64,000 nucleotides of DNA, taken from Paraspadella gotoi. Taxonomy: Eukaryota; Animalia; Chaetognatha. Position 1 is the stretch's first letter. Every line of letters starts with the position of its first letter. The translations under genes were made by a program, and so were the position numbers. This document shows positions 59,459 to 64,000 of the stretch, piece by piece. The notes beneath the pieces were generated by a model. That model saw only the letters and a list, made by a program, of their open reading frames with translations, was not told where the DNA came from and did no database searches. The stretch is taken from positions 1,245,554 to 1,309,553 of the forward strand of contig CM119266.1 in assembly GCA_051294375.1 (NCBI GenBank), given 5' to 3'.

Positions 59459-62400
59459 TTAATTCAGCGTCTGAAAGACTCCATGAATGTCGCGCGGAAA
59501 CTCGACGCCGTCGAACGTCACCCGCGCCTCTTCGGTCATCGTCTTCGCGTCGAGGATGAGGAGAAAAGGCGGCGCCGGCTCCGCGGCGTCGGCGGCGGCG
59601 GCGTCGTCCTGCGGCGTCAGGCCCAATTGACGCCGTAAATCGACGACGGGCGTCAGGAGGATTCCCTCGTCTTCGTCCTTGGCGTCTGTTGAGGGGTGTT
59701 GAGGGGAGGGCGGGATGGGGTGTTGAAGGGAGATCAGTAGTGAAATTAGGGATCGGGACGGGAAGAACGGGAGGTTAGAAAGTGGGTCAGAGTGAATAAA
59801 CGAAACCTTTTCTATTCGTCTCTAAATAGTATTTTTAGTTGCGCCGCGAGTATTCTCTGAGTAACTTTTCGGTCGGTCTGTCGGTCCGTCGGTCTGTCCC
59901 ATTTACGTTAAAAATGCATATAATTTGCCTATAGTTGGTTGCTCATTTGTTAAAACAGAAAAAAACCTCAAATCTAAGGGACTGCTAGCGCCGCCTTCAG
60001 GAATTTTCAAAAACACTCACACAATAATAACACAGGCAAAGAAAGTGAAAATAAAGTCACTGCGGCGAAACAAATTGGAATTACCGTTCTTGTTTTAAGA
60101 ACATTTTTATAAATACTGATCTCATAATTCTATAAATCTAGATGAACAAAGAATCAATTTTTTTCCCTAATCGTTTTCTTCCGATATTTTGTTTTACATT
60201 TTATTTAAACTTATTCTAACTTATCCTTTCTTCCTCACCCGGTCGCTCCACGAAGATCGGCTCCCCCGGAAAGACTCCATCTTCGCTCCAGCGGAAATCT
60301 TCCTTCTCCTCAAAATCGAACTTGATCAGTTGTTGGCCGAGGTAACCAAGGCCGTAGCAAAATCTGAAATGAGCGACAGGAGCAAGATAAGTTGGGTTAT
60401 TATTCTCACCACTGTCATAATCATAATCAACATAAATGTCGAGATATCCAATTTTATTTATTTTTATTTCATCAATTATAATGCAACTCCAAAACTCTAT
60501 CACGATCATCGCAATCAATACCATCATGACGCCAACGCCAACAAAATTATCAGGTTCATTTTACCATCATCATCGTCGTCATCATTATCATGGTCGTAGT
60601 TATCATCAGCATAATCATCACCATCGGCATGCCATTATCATTATCAAGCAATCATCATAATAATGCCATCTCCATCATTATTCAATAACTATTAAATTAC
60701 ATTACCTGTACTTTTTCACGTTAAATCTGCGGTAATTGATGACGGGTAGTTCGAAGGCGCCGCGACTCGTATCCGTCTCTCCCTCGCGCGGGAGGAAGAT
60801 TTCCGATTCTAGGAAAACGACGCCGTTTGATCGGCGCCGGGCGGAGGCGGTGGCGGACGGGAGTTGACGAGGTTGATATCGGGATCTGGGTGAGAACGGT
60901 GGGTGGACAGGGTGAGTGGGGGGGGTTTAGTTTTGGAGATCGATATTGAAAACGTGAGACAAAGTCACAAACATATGTTTTTTACAATCAAAATTTTTAT
61001 TAAAATATCAGAAAAAAAACCCCGTTAATTTATTTTAATCTTACAATACAATACAAACTTCATCTCTCGGATTCGACAAACAAAAGACCAGACAATTTTA
61101 GAACGAGTCGAAATTATATTTTTAATCAATAGAGGGCAGCAATTTGTAGGGCTAAAATGATTGAATAAAAACAAATGGCTGGAAGCGCTCATCGACATCG
61201 TTTAGAGTTTTATAACGTAAAAGTCAGTTTCGTAACATAAATATGTGAACTTATTGCAATGCCCAATTACAAATACAGGCATTAACCCTTACCGGCGTCT
61301 TTGGGCGGAGTCAGCGGCAGAACGTAGCGTCTCAGCGACGCGGCTCTTAAATCGTCACTGTAAGAATAACCTCCGCCGACGTTAGGGTCTTGCTCCCTCA
61401 GCAATTCCTGTCAAAAGGTATGATTAATACTTAAATACTTAAATATTTACTAAATAGAAATCTGTAAAAAAATATCTAGATGTAAAAATACGGTCGGTGT
61501 TTTTTTCGAAGCTATCCATCTATTCTGACAAAGAAAGAGATAAGTTTAGTATTTTTTGGAATATACAAAATTAGTAAATCATAACAAAATGTCTTGCTCG
61601 AATTTTCTCACCTTCATGTAGAGTTGATTGAGAATTTCGGCGTCGCTGTGACAAATCAGGTCGACCACAAGTTGATCTACGATCGAGGAAACCAATTAAT
61701 AACAGTTTAATTGATTGATATTAAATCATATGATTATTGGGTGATCGACTCACCGTTTTCCTCGTAGGTGTTGATGTGATGAAAAACGAAGAAGGCGTCT
61801 GATTGATAAACGACGTCGTGAATTCGACCAGATTTCTTTTCAATCACGTAAAACCTTAGCGAATGAATGTGAAAGAATGAATATATGAATTAATTTTTAA
61901 AAAACTCCCCAAGAAGTAATAATTATTCATTTGTTTATTCATTCTAACAATCGATCAATTTACTCAATATGCAAACAATTAAAAAAGGATCTGAATCAAT
62001 CATTCAATCATCCATTCATTTAGTCAGTCAGTCAATAAGTCAATCATTCATTAATTCATTCATTTATTCATACATTCGTTCCAAACCTGCAGAGTTCATT
62101 GGGGTAGAACTTCAACGCTGTTGCGAAGGCATCGCCGATGATTTTCGCCTTCATCAAAACCGGAACCGAGAAGACAAGCGGTTGCTCGATGAAGACGTAG
62201 TAATTCTCTGACATCCCGAAGCTGAAAGATTCGAACGGAGATGTGGCGATGAGAGACAGGATGAGTGAACGGAGAAAAGGATGTGGCGATGAGAGACAGG
62301 ATGAGTGAAGGGAGAAAGGATGTGGCGAAATGTGATCAGTGACAGGGAGTCATATTTATAATCTATGGGTCAATAGAGGAAAAGGGAAATGGGGTGGGGG

Positions 62401-63670
62401 AAGTCGATGAAGTGATATCAGAGAAAAGAGACAAGTAAACGTTACAGATGATGCTATTGTAAAATATGAATTCAATTCAATCCCAGAAGTAACTATGGTT
62501 ATTGCGCTTACTATGCCTAATAGTCAAGAATCTGGTTGTGGGCAGCCTAGATCCCTAAGCGATCTCTAGGGAAACTGTCAGCAAACGACACTTAACTCCA
62601 ATCACAAGAATAAGACTGACTCTCTCACTTGTCGCAAGGGTCTCACGCCCCTTGAGACTCACCTGTGATAATAGGATGGATGGAATTTCCATTTGGCGGG
62701 AATTGAGACGACGACTCGTCCGTTGGAGAAAGAATCAATTCTTTTCTCTTCTTTTTCCTCCACTTTCTTTTTTTCTTTATTTTCTTCCTCCACTTTTTCA
62801 TTTTCCTTCTCTTTCTTCTCATTCTCTTTATCCCCTTCCTCCATTCCTTTCTTCTTCTCTTCTTCATTTTCTTCCTCAGCTCCTTTCTTTTTTTCTCCAG
62901 CAGCTTCCTTCTTCTCCATCTTTTCCACCGGATCGAAACGGATGATATTGTAATGAGGACCGCCGGAGAAGCAGTTGCCAACGTTGTGAACAGTTCCGTC
63001 GTTTTCCACCTGCGAAACAAAGACATTTTTCTTTTCTCTTGGGTGTGAGGTTTATGGGAAGGGCCTTTTACGTATGTATTTCCGTCAGATTTATATTACG
63101 CCCCGAGTACTCGCGAAGCAACAATGAGCAAATTTTTGTTAGATAAATCAGTAGTTCTATCTGTCTTTTTGTCCGCCCATTAAGCTTTCAATCTCACCAA
63201 CCTTGTATGTGAATGTATTGAGTAATTTTAGTTATTTCTTGGTCGCCATGGGATACATCAAATAAAGCACTATTTATATCCTAGGATCATAAAGTCATGA
63301 TATAAATCTAAAGATGGAATCACGCAAAAAACTTAACATTCCTTGATATGTTCCTTATTCATTTTTCACTTTTCGATAGAACTCTTCAGTCTTCACTTCT
63401 AATCTCGTTTAAGAAGTCATTTGTGATCAAACTTCACCACAGGGTGATCAAACTTCACCACAGGGTGATCGAACTTCACCACAGGGTGATCGAACTCACC
63501 ATGGCGTGGGCGGAGGCCATGTTGACGGCGACCCGATCGCTAAGAACAACGCGTCCTTTGGTCTCCAAGGTCTCGGGATCGAATCTCATCACTATGTCTG
63601 TCTCTGTCGCCGCGATCCAATCCTCGCCCACGGGGTAAATCGTCACCAGGGCGTTGTCAGTGAAGTCGGG
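59459..63670 (-). CDS. Carotenoid cleavage oxygenase (BCO1/BCO2/RPE65/NinaB family), 3' nine exons; 5' part lies beyond the window
   Basis: Exons: 63670-63500, 63009-62663, 62221-62087, 61854-61754, 61676-61612, 61407-61293, 60885-60706, 60363-60239, 59685-59459. Motifs: FTDNALV, ATET, DPETLET, four Fe-ligand His (SAHAM, YYHSFGMSENY, FHHINTYEE, DIHGVF), LRRYVLPL, FELPVINY, FPGEPIFVERPDAKDEDEG, FLLILDAK. One-base indel near 60863. Confidence 0.93.
59833..59902 (+). mobile_element. Possible Helentron/DINE-like (HINE) 5' fragment
   Basis: TTTTTAGTTGCG... followed by a (CGGT/CTGT/CCGT)n tetranucleotide tract. A similar-looking fragment lies at ~63092-63250. Resemblance is by recall only. Confidence 0.35.
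63421..63500 (-). repeat. 21-bp tandem repeat starting at a splice donor of the oxygenase gene
   Basis: ACTTCACCACAGGGTGATCRA occurs about 3.5 times; the first unit begins at the GTGAGT donor (63499). Confidence 0.88.
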
Positions 63671-64000
63671 CTAAGAATGGAATAATTAACCGTTACTTTA
63701 TTTCTGTTTATTAATTATACGTATATTTTCAACTATTTCTGGCCCTAATTGATCCTTTTATACATCGTAAAAGTATATAATTGAGCTATAAGTAGTTTAT
63801 ATTTATTTATTTAGTTTTATTTTTTCAAGCTACCAAGACTGCCTTGAAAAATTATTAGAATCGAAATATTGGGTTAACCAAACATCGAAAATGCAAATAA
63901 AAAATTGCTTAATACTAATCTTAGATATCTTGTGCTCTTATTAAAAGCCAAAACTTTTTTGAGAGAGAGTTGATAGTAGGTAATTAAAAATAAAAAAAAA

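Overview
AT-rich, microsatellite-dense animal (invertebrate-like) genomic DNA with GC-rich exons, from a draft assembly with N-gaps and patches of uncorrected indel errors. I traced spliced genes by hand, all on the minus strand. From right to left they are: a carotenoid oxygenase (BCO/RPE65/NinaB family, 5' end outside the window), a SEC14L1/real-time-like PRELI-CRAL/TRIO-GOLD gene, a SMYD4-like SET-MYND gene, RPS25 (with a TCT/TOP motif), an unknown 71-aa ORF just downstream of RPS25, an M13/neprilysin peptidase, a 28-exon KIF15 kinesin, and one aldo-keto reductase exon at the left edge. The most notable non-coding signals are: (1) a family of ~220-250 bp highly structured TG...CA elements (five copies or fragments, two with 6-bp target-site duplications, with apparent compensatory changes between subfamilies); (2) tandem repeats anchored on splice sites, including an in-frame ladder of GC/GT donors in the SEC14-like gene; (3) about 4 GC-AG introns among about 68; (4) a structured ~170-nt GC-rich island ending in a T-run; (5) an hAT-like MITE with an 8-bp TSD. 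All coordinates were read by eye and no searches were run.
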